A stretch of 64,000 nucleotides of DNA. It comes from Wickerhamiella versatilis (taxonomy: Eukaryota). Both the position numbers and the translations under genes were made by a program. Location: the NCBI GenBank assembly GCA_030867685.1, contig JAQOWU010000008.1, forward strand, positions 4,340,001-4,404,000, given 5' to 3'. Under the pieces are notes generated by a model. That model ran no database searches. It had not been told where the DNA came from and worked only from the letters and a program-made list of their open reading frames with translations. This document shows positions 12,100 to 23,979 of this stretch, in pieces (the first letter of the stretch is position 1; each line of letters opens with the position of its first letter).

Positions 12100-14094
12100 A
12101 TGAGTTCTTCGCCGACAGACCCAGTTCCGGCGACGGCCGAACAGGAGAAGTTGCCTTCAGAATCACCTCGAGATGTCTCGCTTGATGAGAAGATGTCTAA
12201 GAGTGATCCAGAGGACAGCTTGGGTTCCGACTCAGATGAAGTGTTTTTGGATAACTATGACAAGGGTGGTCATCGTGGTGTGATGCGTATCACTGCTATC
12301 AACAGGATACTCAATACCTACGGCACGTTTACTTTATTCGGCCGCAAAATTCATACTCTGAGAATCACGCTTCTGTTCTTCTTGTTTCTACAGGGGTACG
12401 TCACCGGCTTGGATGGTAACATGTCTATGACCATGCAGCAGGCACTTATCTCTATATTTGGTAGCAACGGTGATACAGCAGCTGTCACTACTGTGAAGTC
12501 TGTTATTGCGTCTGCGGTATTCATTCCATACGCCCGCCTGTCGGATAGGGTTGGACGTATGGAGATCTGGCTTGCTGCACTAATTCCATTCCTCGCTGGA
12601 AGGATAGCCACAGCAGCCACCCCTTCTTTTGCAGGGTTATTCGCAGGTGTCGTCGTCGAGGAGTTCGGCTACGCGGCTTTTCGTTTTCTGTCGGGTGTTC
12701 TTCCATCTGATATTTCCTCTCTTAAGGATCACACTTTCACGATTAACATCTATGAGTTGCCAGAAATCATCAATTTGTGGGCAGGATCGTATATTTCGCA
12801 GTCTTTGATAGGTGCGGATAAAACGGAGTACGGTCAACATGAAACCCAAGTCCGATGGGGATTCGGTATGTTCACCATCCTTGTACCATTCACCACAGCT
12901 ATGCTGGCCAGTGTGTATCTGTATGCACAATTTGTGGCTTACCGCCGTAAGGAGCTACCCAGTCTGCGTGATAGGGACTCTGGGAAATCCTTCGGCCGTA
13001 GCCTATATGATCTTTTGAGGGAACTGGATATTGTGGGTGTCATCCTTTATACAGCTGGGATGGTTCTCCTTTTTCTTGCGTTGAGTTTGGGTGGTGGTAA
13101 AGCAAACGAATGGAGTAGTGCACACATCATTGTAATGATTGTTATTGGTGGTGCCTTGATTCCGATCTGGGTTATATGGGAGGTTTTCTTTGCCACATCG
13201 CCGATTCTGCCGAAGCGCTACTTTGGAATCACATTTGCGTCTGCGCTAGTCATCGAGTTCTTCACTCGTGCCGCTATTTCAACTTTATTGGGGCAGGCTT
13301 CTACAGTCCTTTTGATTGCGTATGGCCAGTCTACTCAGCATGCTCAATGGCTAGGTGGAATGGTACTTTTTGTGGGTGCTGTTGTGAATCTCGTGATAGG
13401 TATCATATTGCACTACTGGCCTCATCCCAAATTCTTCGTAATGACTGGTGGATATATTTTCTTGCTTGGCGTAGGACTTTTCGTCAAGTATCGAGTGGCT
13501 TACTTCGATAACGGTATTCATGGATACATTGGAGCTGTGGTTATTATGGGACTCGGTGCTGCTTTTATACGCTATCCTTTATGGACACTAGTGCAAGCCT
13601 CTGTACCTCATAAGGATATGGCCTCTGCTCTAGGTCTTTTGATGTCCGCATATCAGATTGGTGCCTCTGTTGGATCTTGTCTTGCTTCGGCTATTTGGCA
13701 GAATACGATCCAAAAAGGTCTCATGGAATACGTGGCCCCAATCGAGAAAGTGTCTTACATGAACCCCAAGATGCACAAGGTCGTTACTGTCCCTGGCAAG
13801 AAATTTGCCGAGCTATTCTTCGCAAATCCGAATATGCTTGCAAGTGCATTTAAGCAACCAAAGACAGGCGAGCAAGTGCGTGAAGCTGTTCTAAAAGCTT
13901 ACGTACATGGCAACTGGGTCACGGCAGTGGTTGCCGTGGCGCTAGCCGCAGTTGTTGCTGTTTTGGTATTCGTTCCCTTCCCATATGACGTTGTGACTGA
14001 AAATGAAACCATTTCCGAAGAGAAACGTAAGGACGAGGAACGTAAGTTCTCAGATGGCCGCAAGCCGTACGTGCTCAGATTTTTCGGGTTTTAA
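12100..14094 (+). CDS. MFS siderophore-iron transporter, ARN/SIT family
   Basis: 664 aa, 14-TM. GVMRI.AI, YARLSDRVGRME, RWGFGMFTIL, QASVPHKDMA, GASVGSCLASAIWQN. Confidence 0.82.
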   Translation: MSSSPTDPVPATAEQEKLPSESPRDVSLDEKMSKSDPEDSLGSDSDEVFLDNYDKGGHRGVMRITAINRILNTYGTFTLFGRKIHTLRITLLFFLFLQGYVTGLDGNMSMTMQQALISIFGSNGDTAAVTTVKSVIASAVFIPYARLSDRVGRMEIWLAALIPFLAGRIATAATPSFAGLFAGVVVEEFGYAAFRFLSGVLPSDISSLKDHTFTINIYELPEIINLWAGSYISQSLIGADKTEYGQHETQVRWGFGMFTILVPFTTAMLASVYLYAQFVAYRRKELPSLRDRDSGKSFGRSLYDLLRELDIVGVILYTAGMVLLFLALSLGGGKANEWSSAHIIVMIVIGGALIPIWVIWEVFFATSPILPKRYFGITFASALVIEFFTRAAISTLLGQASTVLLIAYGQSTQHAQWLGGMVLFVGAVVNLVIGIILHYWPHPKFFVMTGGYIFLLGVGLFVKYRVAYFDNGIHGYIGAVVIMGLGAAFIRYPLWTLVQASVPHKDMASALGLLMSAYQIGASVGSCLASAIWQNTIQKGLMEYVAPIEKVSYMNPKMHKVVTVPGKKFAELFFANPNMLASAFKQPKTGEQVREAVLKAYVHGNWVTAVVAVALAAVVAVLVFVPFPYDVVTENETISEEKRKDEERKFSDGRKPYVLRFFGF

Positions 14095-14436
14095 TTTCTT
14101 TTCCTGGTCTACAGCACGAATTAGTACCAGTAATGTTAAGCTTTACGACGATATTGACTAAGTAATTGATATTCTAAATCCAGATATTAATGTTAATGCT
14201 TTTTGTTTGGTTGGAAAATACCATAAAGGTAATGAATATTAAAACTCGTCTTCCGAGGAGATCAAACTGATTATTTATAATAGTCCTTGTAATCTTTAAG
14301 ATAAAATAATATGAATAATACTAGTACACAAGAACACTTTCATTACACTAAGTATCAAGAGCGGTAAACCCCTTATCAACTTGAAGGGGTATTACTCTAA
14401 CAAAACAAAATGTTTAATGCATAGAAGCAAAATTTT

Positions 14437-16290
14437 TTATGATACCGGGCATTGATCCCTGTAATGCCACTCATACTCGGGTAAAATCTCGTCCAGCTTG
14501 TCAGCGAATTCTAATTCGGCTTGAGCCATATTCTCCTGGCTCAGGGCCCTCATAATGTCAGCAAGAAGCTGCCAGGTACCCATCAATGGGTTATTTTCAC
14601 CCCTTGCCGGCCATATCTCATTCCTAAACTCATGCAGGGATTTTTGAATGTAATCAAGATCTGATAGACTAGATCTGTCACTAGGATAGCACAACTGTTT
14701 GTAAAGAAGCACAAACAGTGAGGTGGTGACGCCTATAGAGCCCCTAGGTGATAGGCCCCTAGTCAGTCTCTGACTGGACAAAGAAACCCTAAATAGGTCA
14801 CGAGCAGCCTCAGTTATTTTGAGCAGGGACTTAGGAAATATTCCCGGAAAAAAATCTCGGTCGAAGGCCGGGATGGAATGGATGGCAATCAAGATGTAGT
14901 AATAGTTATATTGCACATCGAATGACGAGTAACAGTACAGCAGATCGTTCAAAGTTGGCTCTGCGGGTAAGGAAGTTTCCCATATTTCCCTGCGCGTATG
15001 AACCTTCCAATTTTCGGCCGTTGCCACAAGATTCTGTAGTTCCTCACAAAGACTGTCTTGTGAGATACCTGGGTTGAGTCCAAAAAGATACTTAAAAGAC
15101 CTATCATAAATCCTGTTCAGCTCAAGGGTGTGTTCAAGATAAGATGCTTCAGACATCGAAAGCCGTAGATTATGCGTCACTAGTTCCGGCTCGGAAACCA
15201 AAGACTTCAGTGAAAGTGCCGTGCAATGGGTATACTGAATGGTACATATTAAGAACCAGACATGCTCTCTCCACTCTGCCTCCTTTTTGGGATATCTGGA
15301 GTTTATATCTGCCCGATTAATACGGATTTTTTTTGCTATGTCGACTATGGCTTCCAAAAAATGAAACAATGACGGAATCGCGGTAGTGACAGCTAATAGC
15401 CAGAAGAGCAGCAATGATACCCTTGCCAACTGAAAAGAAGGCTTTGAAAAATGCATTAGATTCAAGCTACGGATTGCTTGATAGTAAGCTTTTTGGAGCT
15501 CTATATCAACAAACTCCTTCGAGAAGCCCCGGTAGTCTGAATTGCAACGCATATCTAAAGCTCCAGATATAATCACCGCAGCCACCACGCCATTTCTCAG
15601 GGGGTCGGGAATGCTCTGCCAATAGTTGGTCTCAAAGGTACTCGGAGGAACGAGAGGGTGAAAAAGAAAAATAGATGAGCCACAATATATTTCGGTGCAC
15701 TTTTTGAAAAGAGGCGTATTGGGAGAAATCTCACCCGTACTTTCGAACATACGCGCCACTACAGTTTGCGTAGATCGCCACAGATCATGTGACAGGGCTT
15801 CAAACTTATAGCCTAGCAATGGATCACCAAGCCTTCTTGAGAGAGTATTTATATGATCAGGACTTAAAACAGATACGACCATACCCGAGATATATGTTGT
15901 TGAGGACGGCTCATCCCCACTTGTGTATATTTTCATTCTCCCAAGGCGATCGTTAAAAGTTGGTTGAGGTATTCGATCTATATCCTGATTCGATGCGTTA
16001 TCATCTGAAGAATCTCTTTCCTGCAGTGAGCTTTCGTCATTTTGAGACGCCTTAGAACCGGTGAACTTTGCAAATGCTCGTTCAAGGCGTTCAATACGTT
16101 TATTCATGGAATTCAATTGCAAATGGGACGAATGTTGTCGATTTGTCGAAATATAGACGCATTCTTCGCCATATTTAGCACAATTTCCGCACACAGGCTT
16201 TTGGGCATCACACCTTGTCTTACGTTGCCGACAGAGGTTACACGCGACAGCGACACGTGTCTGTCGATGCTTCGATATGCCCCCCTCCAT
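14437..16290 (-). CDS. Zn(II)2Cys6 fungal transcription factor
   Basis: ACNLCRQRKTRCDAQKPVCGNCAKYGEEC followed by a coiled coil and a fungal TF middle region. Confidence 0.93.
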   Translation of the reverse strand: MEGGISKHRQTRVAVACNLCRQRKTRCDAQKPVCGNCAKYGEECVYISTNRQHSSHLQLNSMNKRIERLERAFAKFTGSKASQNDESSLQERDSSDDNASNQDIDRIPQPTFNDRLGRMKIYTSGDEPSSTTYISGMVVSVLSPDHINTLSRRLGDPLLGYKFEALSHDLWRSTQTVVARMFESTGEISPNTPLFKKCTEIYCGSSIFLFHPLVPPSTFETNYWQSIPDPLRNGVVAAVIISGALDMRCNSDYRGFSKEFVDIELQKAYYQAIRSLNLMHFSKPSFQLARVSLLLFWLLAVTTAIPSLFHFLEAIVDIAKKIRINRADINSRYPKKEAEWREHVWFLICTIQYTHCTALSLKSLVSEPELVTHNLRLSMSEASYLEHTLELNRIYDRSFKYLFGLNPGISQDSLCEELQNLVATAENWKVHTRREIWETSLPAEPTLNDLLYCYSSFDVQYNYYYILIAIHSIPAFDRDFFPGIFPKSLLKITEAARDLFRVSLSSQRLTRGLSPRGSIGVTTSLFVLLYKQLCYPSDRSSLSDLDYIQKSLHEFRNEIWPARGENNPLMGTWQLLADIMRALSQENMAQAELEFADKLDEILPEYEWHYRDQCPVS

Positions 16291-17791
16291 CGTTTTGTGC
16301 AGATATCTCTATGATACCCGGTAAATCACCCAAGTTGGTCGGGAGGAAGAAGATAGCGGGTGTCGGGACACACAAGATTCCGGATAATTACAAATCATCA
16401 CTATCCTATCTCAAAAATTGGGGATCGGGACACACGTGTGATACGGGTACCGTGAGCTTAGGGCCAAGAACCGTTGTCTAAACTGGTAGAGAGTAACGTT
16501 GGAGAATTCAGAGGTTCTCAGTTATTAAAGCCCAGGAAACATCTAGTACTGCTCGTATCAATACTGGTAAATAGCACCCATATATGCCGAGAGGAACACG
16601 TGACAGAACCGGAAGCCTCCGTGGTAGACAGATGGCGCCCCGTTTGCCGAAGTAAGATTGAGACGAAACATTTGTACAAAGCATAATTATAATATCCTCA
16701 TATGTATTTAGTTCACTTTTACTGATTGAGGAATTTCCTAGGGATCAGGCAGATATAGCCTAGGCCTCGGAAGACCAATACATGAAAGGGTTTAAACACC
16801 TCAAACTTGTTCTAAGAGAAGTTGACTGCAGATCCTGATTTTAGAACCTTGCTAGCTTGGTTCCAAATCTTTACATTATGATTTATCTTCTAAGGTAATA
16901 ATTACATTTCCTATTGATAAGTCCTTCGCTTTTCCACCCGATTTGACCCCACCCACCATAATTATATAATCATTATTGGGAGGGAGATTAGCTTTGGCAT
17001 GATCGAAGGTGATAGAACTAGGACCAGAACCGTAAAGGCAGTCCTATGCCCAGACCACCTTCATATATGGTCACGTTTGGAATTCATCGAGCAAAGTGAT
17101 GAATTCGAAATTCTGGGATTGTATGGCCCAGGCCCGAAAGTTACACAAATTGGGAGGATATGGTGTTTATGATAAACCAGAGGAATTGCTTTCCATTTGA
17201 GCCGAATTGTGTTTTATTTATTCCCTGGAATATGACGCTAGCCGACTGGCCCTCACAGCGGCTTGTCATGGTGTTAAGGGACTACTACTAGAGAGAATTG
17301 GGGTCGTAAACTCTCAGGAGACATTCGAAACACTGAAAGAATTAGCTATATTGAGACCCTATATACTTATCGAGTGGTGACGGAAGATGCATTATAGTGA
17401 TGCAATGGAGAAGGCCCGAAATCTGCTGGAGAGGCTGGTCAAACAAAACAAGTGCGCTATTTGCTACCTTGTTATTGTCACATTCCACCTAATGTCCTCG
17501 ATTCCCATAAAGGATCTCAAAAATAGCGATTATTACATTTTTTTTGTTGGGGGCTCGACATGTTGGGCACAGTCTCAGATAACCGAGAGACGATGACGTA
17601 ATACTTTTTTCCCAGTAGATTAAGGTTTGCATATTCTGAAGATCATCGTAATCCAACGTCAAAACCTTATTGCCCAGGATAAGTAAAAAACGAGACAAAA
17701 AAGCGGATATTCCAATATATTTAGTGGTAGGTTTCTATGATTTCACTGAGTCGCGATTGCTAGGCCAGTAAGGCCAAAAAAATCCACCAAC

Positions 17792-17955
17792 AGGGTAAGG
17801 TTAACCCAGGTGCTAGGAACGACCACTCCTGAGGCAATCATTTTCAAATAAGTCACAGGATATGGTGGAGCATAATGATCTACCGCCGAACCCCCCTTCA
17901 AATATGTGGTTAAACGGATTGCTGGTGATCATATAACCCATTTGCATGGAGATGG
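17792..17955 (+). pseudogene. Degenerate copy of the proximal promoter and first ~30 codons of the DHA1 gene at 21665
   Basis: Aligns with 21594-21768 (GGTTAACCCAGGT..TGAGGCAATCATTTTCAAAT..ATGGTGGAG..GATCTACCGCCGAACCCCCCTT..ATATAACCCATTTG), with an internal deletion and other indels. Confidence 0.85.
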
Positions 17956-18401
17956 GAAGTAACATTTGCACCGAGGAGCACGATTAAGATTTCTCCATAG
18001 AAAGAAGTTGTGGATTGCTATTTTATTCCGTGTATCAGAGATTGCTGTTGATACCATCTATCGAGCTCGAAAAGGCATGGCGTGTTCAATGGCGTTTTAG
18101 TCTGTTGCTAGAAGATCGCGTTTAATAACGGTATAGAGCTGAAAATAGTCCTATATACCAGATCGAAGGGTTAATATTAAATAATGTAATCCATGAGTGA
18201 CGGTAAATACCTACATGCGTTTAATCTATTGTGTTTATAGAAGGATAGTTTCTATTCAAATATGACTGTCATGTCCATAAGGGAGGAACTGGCACCTACA
18301 ATACAGTAAACTAGCAATGTATACCTACTATGCATAGTGCATATTGAATATTTGTATTTGGACAATAACGAGGTGAGCATTTTTTCGTGTTTTGCTATCC
18401 C

Positions 18402-20099
18402 TCACTGTAGGACTACCAAGCTGCTTGCAAGTTCTTCTAACCCCTGAATATACAAAGTATTGTTCCCAAGGGTCCATTTCACATCTCCCCAAGGCTGATT
18501 AACTATCCTCGACACGTTTTTGGGAAGCCTGATGCTCAGAGAGCTTTCGTGGCGCATGTAATCCAGGTTAGCTAGTCCAAGCATGATCTGATTCCCTGAA
18601 ACCCAATAAGCCACATCTATTAGAGGTTTACTAGCTATTTTCAGAGACACGGGCTGGGATCCCAATAAAAAATCAGATACTGGAGTGCCGGTAGCAACTT
18701 GGGCCATTCTACTATACGAATCCTGTTGGGCTGCACTAGTTGGGAAATCCCAACTCATGATTGCCTTGGCCTTATGGTTCCAGCTAAGTATCATCATAGC
18801 CCAAGTTTCTTGGGGTGTTGGATCCCGACTCCAATATTTCTCACCACTAAATGATTGCAATACAGCCCACAATGGCTTTTTGAAGCCGCCAATCCAATTT
18901 TGATACGTCTCAAATGTATCAAGCCTATTGCTTACATCTTCAAGTTCTCCAATGCAATTATCACAACCACAACACCCATAAGTAGTATTACAAACAGTAT
19001 CGTACTTCCTGGAGTAGTTCGGGCTTATACCAATGGGGTAGGCATCTTCCATAATGAAGTCGGCACCGGACGAATACTCTTGAAAATAGTAATTCTCACA
19101 GTTCAAGACAAGGGATATAGGATGGTAAGGATCTTCTCTCTTCAAAAGTTCGTAAGCACTTCGAGTGCTGTTAATCGGGTCAACATTTCCATCAGGCTCA
19201 TCTGCAGTATACCAACTCAATAAGTTGGACCTATCTTTAACATGCGGAATTTGTTCTCGAACCGAAGTAAGATTAGAATAAGACCAACGCATATTATACT
19301 GGTACCACAAGTTGACTTCATCCAACCAATCAAATAGGTAGCTCATATCGGCACTTTCAAATGAACAGCCAGGATTTATAGCATTGAAACCTAAGTCCTT
19401 ATAAGCTGAAACATTGGCAATGCTGTAATCAAGGTAATTTGAGCATCCCGTATAGAACCCAAACGGTAAAAACTTATGAAAAGCATAGCTTGTGAAGTTA
19501 TTTGCCACCAGAAGCCCGCCATTGAGATTATCTATCTTGACCATACTGCCGGTACGTTTCGTCGGTAGATACAGAAGCTCTCCAGCAGCGCTGAAAGACT
19601 GGTTGCTATAGGAAGCTGAGGGTGCACCATAAATTACCACTTTATAGGGAGTTAGTTGAGGTTCGAGAGCGTTGAGGGCAAACTTGACGATATTACCCGT
19701 CGTGTTCACTCTGATTTTTTCTGAAGCAAGCAGCTGATTCGTATTTTCAATTCTGATATCTAGAAACAAATCTGAAAAATGTTGCGTCTCATTCAAACCA
19801 GATGGTACAGGGGTACTATTGGACCAAGGAGCACCGTGAATGTGTGAAAGGACTGCGTCAACTATGAACTCACCGGTATCTTCGCTGCTCACATAGATAC
19901 TGTGACGAGGCTGAACCTTTAGATGTAGCTTCAGCTCTTGAGAGGGCTTAGGCTCTGATAAAATCCCACGTAGTTCCACATTTGGAGATCCCGCTTCATA
20001 AGGTTTACCACACCAACGAGGAATATCGGAGAGGTCCCGAGCTCCCAATTGGGCAGCCACATGATTAAATATCAGTAGTATTGCAAACAATAACTTCAT
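18402..20099 (-). CDS. Secreted uncharacterised glycoside-hydrolase-like (TIM-barrel) protein
   Basis: Signal peptide MKLLFAILLIFNHVAA (ATG 20099), LLSWYTADEPDG, YHPISLVLNC, Cys cluster CNTTYGCCGCDNC and many N-glycosylation sequons. Confidence 0.7.
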   Translation of the reverse strand: MKLLFAILLIFNHVAAQLGARDLSDIPRWCGKPYEAGSPNVELRGILSEPKPSQELKLHLKVQPRHSIYVSSEDTGEFIVDAVLSHIHGAPWSNSTPVPSGLNETQHFSDLFLDIRIENTNQLLASEKIRVNTTGNIVKFALNALEPQLTPYKVVIYGAPSASYSNQSFSAAGELLYLPTKRTGSMVKIDNLNGGLLVANNFTSYAFHKFLPFGFYTGCSNYLDYSIANVSAYKDLGFNAINPGCSFESADMSYLFDWLDEVNLWYQYNMRWSYSNLTSVREQIPHVKDRSNLLSWYTADEPDGNVDPINSTRSAYELLKREDPYHPISLVLNCENYYFQEYSSGADFIMEDAYPIGISPNYSRKYDTVCNTTYGCCGCDNCIGELEDVSNRLDTFETYQNWIGGFKKPLWAVLQSFSGEKYWSRDPTPQETWAMMILSWNHKAKAIMSWDFPTSAAQQDSYSRMAQVATGTPVSDFLLGSQPVSLKIASKPLIDVAYWVSGNQIMLGLANLDYMRHESSLSIRLPKNVSRIVNQPWGDVKWTLGNNTLYIQGLEELASSLVVLQ

Positions 20100-20420
20100 T
20101 TGTAGCAAAGTGAATAAGCTATTCAACCTTTACAAGACACCCAAACTATAGGAAGCTGTTGGTTGGATCTTGCTTATCTCATGTTATGATTACACACGCA
20201 ATGTAAGTGGGATGCGTTCAGGCTATGATAATCTTGCGATAAGATCTATACGAATTTCATAAAGCTGACACTTACTTACTTATACTGATTGATAACTCAA
20301 AAGTTCACAATCACATCCTTATAGCGGTAAATTCTTAATCACTGTGAGATGGTTTTTGATAAAAGGAAATTAATTTAAATACGTTTATATAGCTCATAGG
20401 ACTTACTATTTCAACTACTA

Positions 20421-20756
20421 TTAGACTTTCTGGTACTTATCTGTATAGGTAGCCTCTTCAGTGGGGATTCCAGAAATCACATCTGGGGCTCTCTCATCTT
20501 GAATCCACCAAAATATCGGCGCTAAAATGAGTAGTGAGCCAGAAACTAAACCCCAGTTTATGGCAAATTCTACATTGTAGTTTGTGCCTCTTGCGTTAAT
20601 TTTCCACGCAATGGCACCACCCACACCTTGCATTGACTTATAGAGACCAACAAAACGAGCCAGGAACAAATCTTCATTTGGTGTATCGTCCTGTCCAAGT
20701 GCACCAATCAACCAATAGGCCATTGTTTGCCAGACGGCACGAATGGTGCCTATCAT
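20421..20756 (-). pseudogene. C-terminal fragment of a UNC-93-like (DUF895) MFS transporter
   Basis: AVWQTMAYWLIGAL...ARFVGLYKSMQGVGGAIAWKI...FAINWGL matches the last helices of fungal UNC-93-like proteins. No intact upstream frame. Confidence 0.65.
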
Positions 20757-21664
20757 TTTACTCTTGATCCCCCCAAACTATCACTATACTTGCGTGAAGG
20801 TAGGGCTGGCTATTCTGCAGGGGAGTCCCGCTTGGACGAGTTTGGCGAGACTACACCACCCCGATGCATTCAGAAGTATTTCTTCAGACAGATGGACACT
20901 TTTTTGGAGAGGGTACGCCTTGGTCAGGTAAAGAGCAATGTGAACAGGTTAGGCTCATGTGGGATTCCTTTGCAGATGGAAATCATGCAAATTATGGACA
21001 TGATATTCAAAAGCGCAAGATCACATTCTTGGGTAGACAGCCCAAACTTTATGAGGGCTCCTATGACTTGATAGGCAGCATAGCTAACGAATAGAGATAC
21101 AGCATTAGAGTAAAATTAGGGCCAAATTTAGGTTACGACCTATTTATTTATGTTTGCTCAATTCCTTAGAATCGTGGCCAAATGATTACTGTATTGCCCT
21201 CAATAATCGGTCTTTGGTATAAATAAGTACATGCTGGGGATGCTTCTGAACAGGTGGATGGCCTGAACAGATACATTATCCAATCGTCTTTGTAGACGGC
21301 CTCTGCCTGATATTGACCTGTTAAAGGGCTTTTTAAAATGGTGAGTATTCTTTCCTCTTCTACGTTGTTTTGTCTGAGGTCTATATGTCTCAGATAAAGT
21401 TGAGGCCCTGATGTAAGCATTTCCAATTGCTTTAGGTTATGCATGTATGAAGATCTTGGTAATTTGGGTGCAGATCCTCTAGGATAAATAAGAAGCTATA
21501 AAGAGGAATATCCCAACGTTTGTAAAGGTGAATTACTGTCTAGATTCAAACAGGTTCCAGACAAGATCGACAGGGCTAAAAAAGGCCAATACTAGGGTAT
21601 GGTTAACCCAGGTACTAGGAACGGCCACTCGCTGAGGCAATCATTTTCAAATTAGTCACAGGAG

Positions 21665-23188
21665 ATGGTGGAGAACAGTGATCTACCGCCGAACCCCCCT
21701 TATTCTAGGGACAAATATATGGTTAAACTGACTGCTGGTGATCCATATAACCCATTTGAATGGAGTGGACGCAAAAAGACCTTCACTACTGCTATAGCGA
21801 TTGCAGGAAACTTTAACTCGATTTTTTCGTCGGCTATCCTCTCGCCTGGAAGCGCTGAGATTTCAAAAGACTTCCATGTGGGATCTGTAGTTGCGACATT
21901 GGGTGCAGTAAGTCTCTTTGTTGCAGGCTTCGCTAGCGGTCCTATCGTTTGGGGCCCGTCGTCCGAAATTCTTGGTCGCCGGATTCCATTTGCCCTCTCG
22001 GAGTTTCTGCTCATGTGCTTTAATTTTGCAGTGGCAACTAGCGAGAACATTCAAACTCTCGCGATATGTAGGTTCTTTAGTGGAATCGCAGGCTCGGGAG
22101 GACTCGTGCTTGCGCCGGCGGTTATTGGCGATATGTTCCCCACAAAGACCCGCGGGAAAATACAGACTTTAAGTGTTACGTTATTCATGCTTGGACCAGC
22201 ACTTGGGCCGATAATTGGTGCATATATCTCCCATTCGTATTTGCGCTGGCGCTGGACGATGTACCTAGACGGAATCATCAGCGCCGCCGTTCTCATCTTG
22301 CTGGTGTTCTTCCTCCCCGAGACATTCGCACCGATGAAGGCTAAGGACAAAGCTATGGCATTGCGGGACCAGTCGGGTATCTGGCCGCTTTTCGCACCCA
22401 TCGAGCGTGAACAGGTTGACATGGGACACGTAGCTCGCAAGGTGCTGCTACGACCGTTCTATCTCTTGCTCACAGAACCAATACTGCTGCTTCTCAGCTT
22501 GTACATTGGCTTTCTTTATGGTATACAATACCTGCTTCTGAGTTCCGTACCTCTCATCTTTGAGAGTTATGGATGGAAAGGCGGAAATGCATTTCTACCG
22601 TACATCGGCTTCTTGGTGGGGAATTTTGTGATTAGTGCTCTTAACATCTTTGTATTTGACCCCTATTACTTCCGGGGACTCGTTGCACGGAAGCAAAAGA
22701 TGTGGCCCGAAGGTCGACTTCCAGCCATGGTGTGCACGAGCGTGTCGTTTCCAGTAGGAATCTTTTTACTGACATGGTCGGGCAACTATAAGGTGCACTG
22801 GATTGTGCCTACAATTGGCCTGTTTTTCGTGGGAGTGGCTCTCTCTGGGATGTACATGGGGGGCTTTAATTACATTGTTGAGACGTATTTGAACGTGAGT
22901 GCGTCGGCAATGGCGGCTAATACGTTCATGCGGTCCGGAATGGGCTGCGCATTCCCACTGTTTTCTGTTATAATGTTTAAGAACCTGGGGACGAATTGGG
23001 CCGGTACGCTTCTCGGGTGTCTTGCCGTATTCTTCGCACCGGTTCCGATCGTGTTCTTCCTGTTTGGAGACAGGATCCGCCGATGGTCTAAGCACACTGT
23101 TAAGGACGATGACATGGAGATGGCTATCGAGGAGGACACGAAAGATGAGAAATCCTGTTCGGAGGAAGAGAATATGGCTAGTGAGTGA
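21665..23188 (+). CDS. MFS drug:H+ antiporter, DHA1 family (Tpo1/Flr1-like)
   Basis: DPYNPFEWS, GPIVWGPSSEILGRR, WRWT, PEGRLP, SASAMAANTFMRS. Confidence 0.92.
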   Translation: MVENSDLPPNPPYSRDKYMVKLTAGDPYNPFEWSGRKKTFTTAIAIAGNFNSIFSSAILSPGSAEISKDFHVGSVVATLGAVSLFVAGFASGPIVWGPSSEILGRRIPFALSEFLLMCFNFAVATSENIQTLAICRFFSGIAGSGGLVLAPAVIGDMFPTKTRGKIQTLSVTLFMLGPALGPIIGAYISHSYLRWRWTMYLDGIISAAVLILLVFFLPETFAPMKAKDKAMALRDQSGIWPLFAPIEREQVDMGHVARKVLLRPFYLLLTEPILLLLSLYIGFLYGIQYLLLSSVPLIFESYGWKGGNAFLPYIGFLVGNFVISALNIFVFDPYYFRGLVARKQKMWPEGRLPAMVCTSVSFPVGIFLLTWSGNYKVHWIVPTIGLFFVGVALSGMYMGGFNYIVETYLNVSASAMAANTFMRSGMGCAFPLFSVIMFKNLGTNWAGTLLGCLAVFFAPVPIVFFLFGDRIRRWSKHTVKDDDMEMAIEEDTKDEKSCSEEENMASE

Positions 23189-23794
23189 TCAGCGGTCACC
23201 GGAAATGGCTATCTTTCATGAAATATTTATATATAATAATGATAATCAAAGGTGTGCTGAAATTTGCGTTCTTGATTTTTTTTTGGGCATAAGTTTGGCA
23301 ACCATCATAAAGCAGGCAGATTGATGATGCCACTCACAAACCTGGTTTTTAGAATATCACCCGGGGCTCTGATTGATCTGCTAAGACCAATATCAACTCA
23401 AACATCCTGCAGTGATTTAAAATACAAACATCTTTCAACCTAGTTCGTGTTGTATCGGATTCCCACGAGTCCTTATTGCCACACTTCCTCTTCCTCTTCC
23501 TGTTTTACAAACGAGTTGATTTCTCGAGTTCGTCGTATATCATGGCAAACAACGATTTCCCCCGAGTATTCGGCCGAAATCATTCAGATCCAGCCTATCA
23601 TGTAGATCAGGCGGTTTCAAAATATGTTATCCCTGATGTAAGGTAGCTCTTGCTGATCGCGGTTGTGTGACCCTAAGATCACGGCAATTACCGCTTCTTT
23701 GATGAGTAAGCAATTTTTGATAAAGTAATGACATAGATAGGATGCAGTGTAATGGTTGGATAAAAAACTTCACGTATACTATAACCATTGCGGT

Positions 23795-23837
23795 ACTCGG
23801 ACTCTAGCCATCGTGGCACTCGGACTCCAGCCATCGC
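23795..23837. repeat. 23-bp tandem duplication
   Basis: ACTCGGACTCTAGCCATCG at 23795 and ACTCGGACTCCAGCCATCG at 23818. Confidence 0.75.
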
Positions 23838-23893
23838 GAAATGCAATAATCGTATACCGTAACATTCAATAAGCTTCGTCGATCCTGCACAGC

Positions 23894-23979
23894 CACAACG
23901 TTGCGCCCACAACGATGAGCCTGGCAACAGTGAGCCTGGTAACATTGTGCCCGGTAACATTGTGCCCCACAACGTTGTG
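23894..23979. repeat. Degenerate ~15-bp minisatellite, about 6 units
   Basis: cacaacgttgcgcc / cacaacgatgagcct / ggcaacagtgagcct / ggtaacattgtgccc / ggtaacattgtgccc / cacaacgttgtg. Confidence 0.75.

Noticed and set aside
23795-23979. CRISPR-like or coding interpretation of the short repeats (ORF 23688-23996)
   Set aside because: No unique spacers, eukaryotic context, and the ORF only reflects the 15-bp period.
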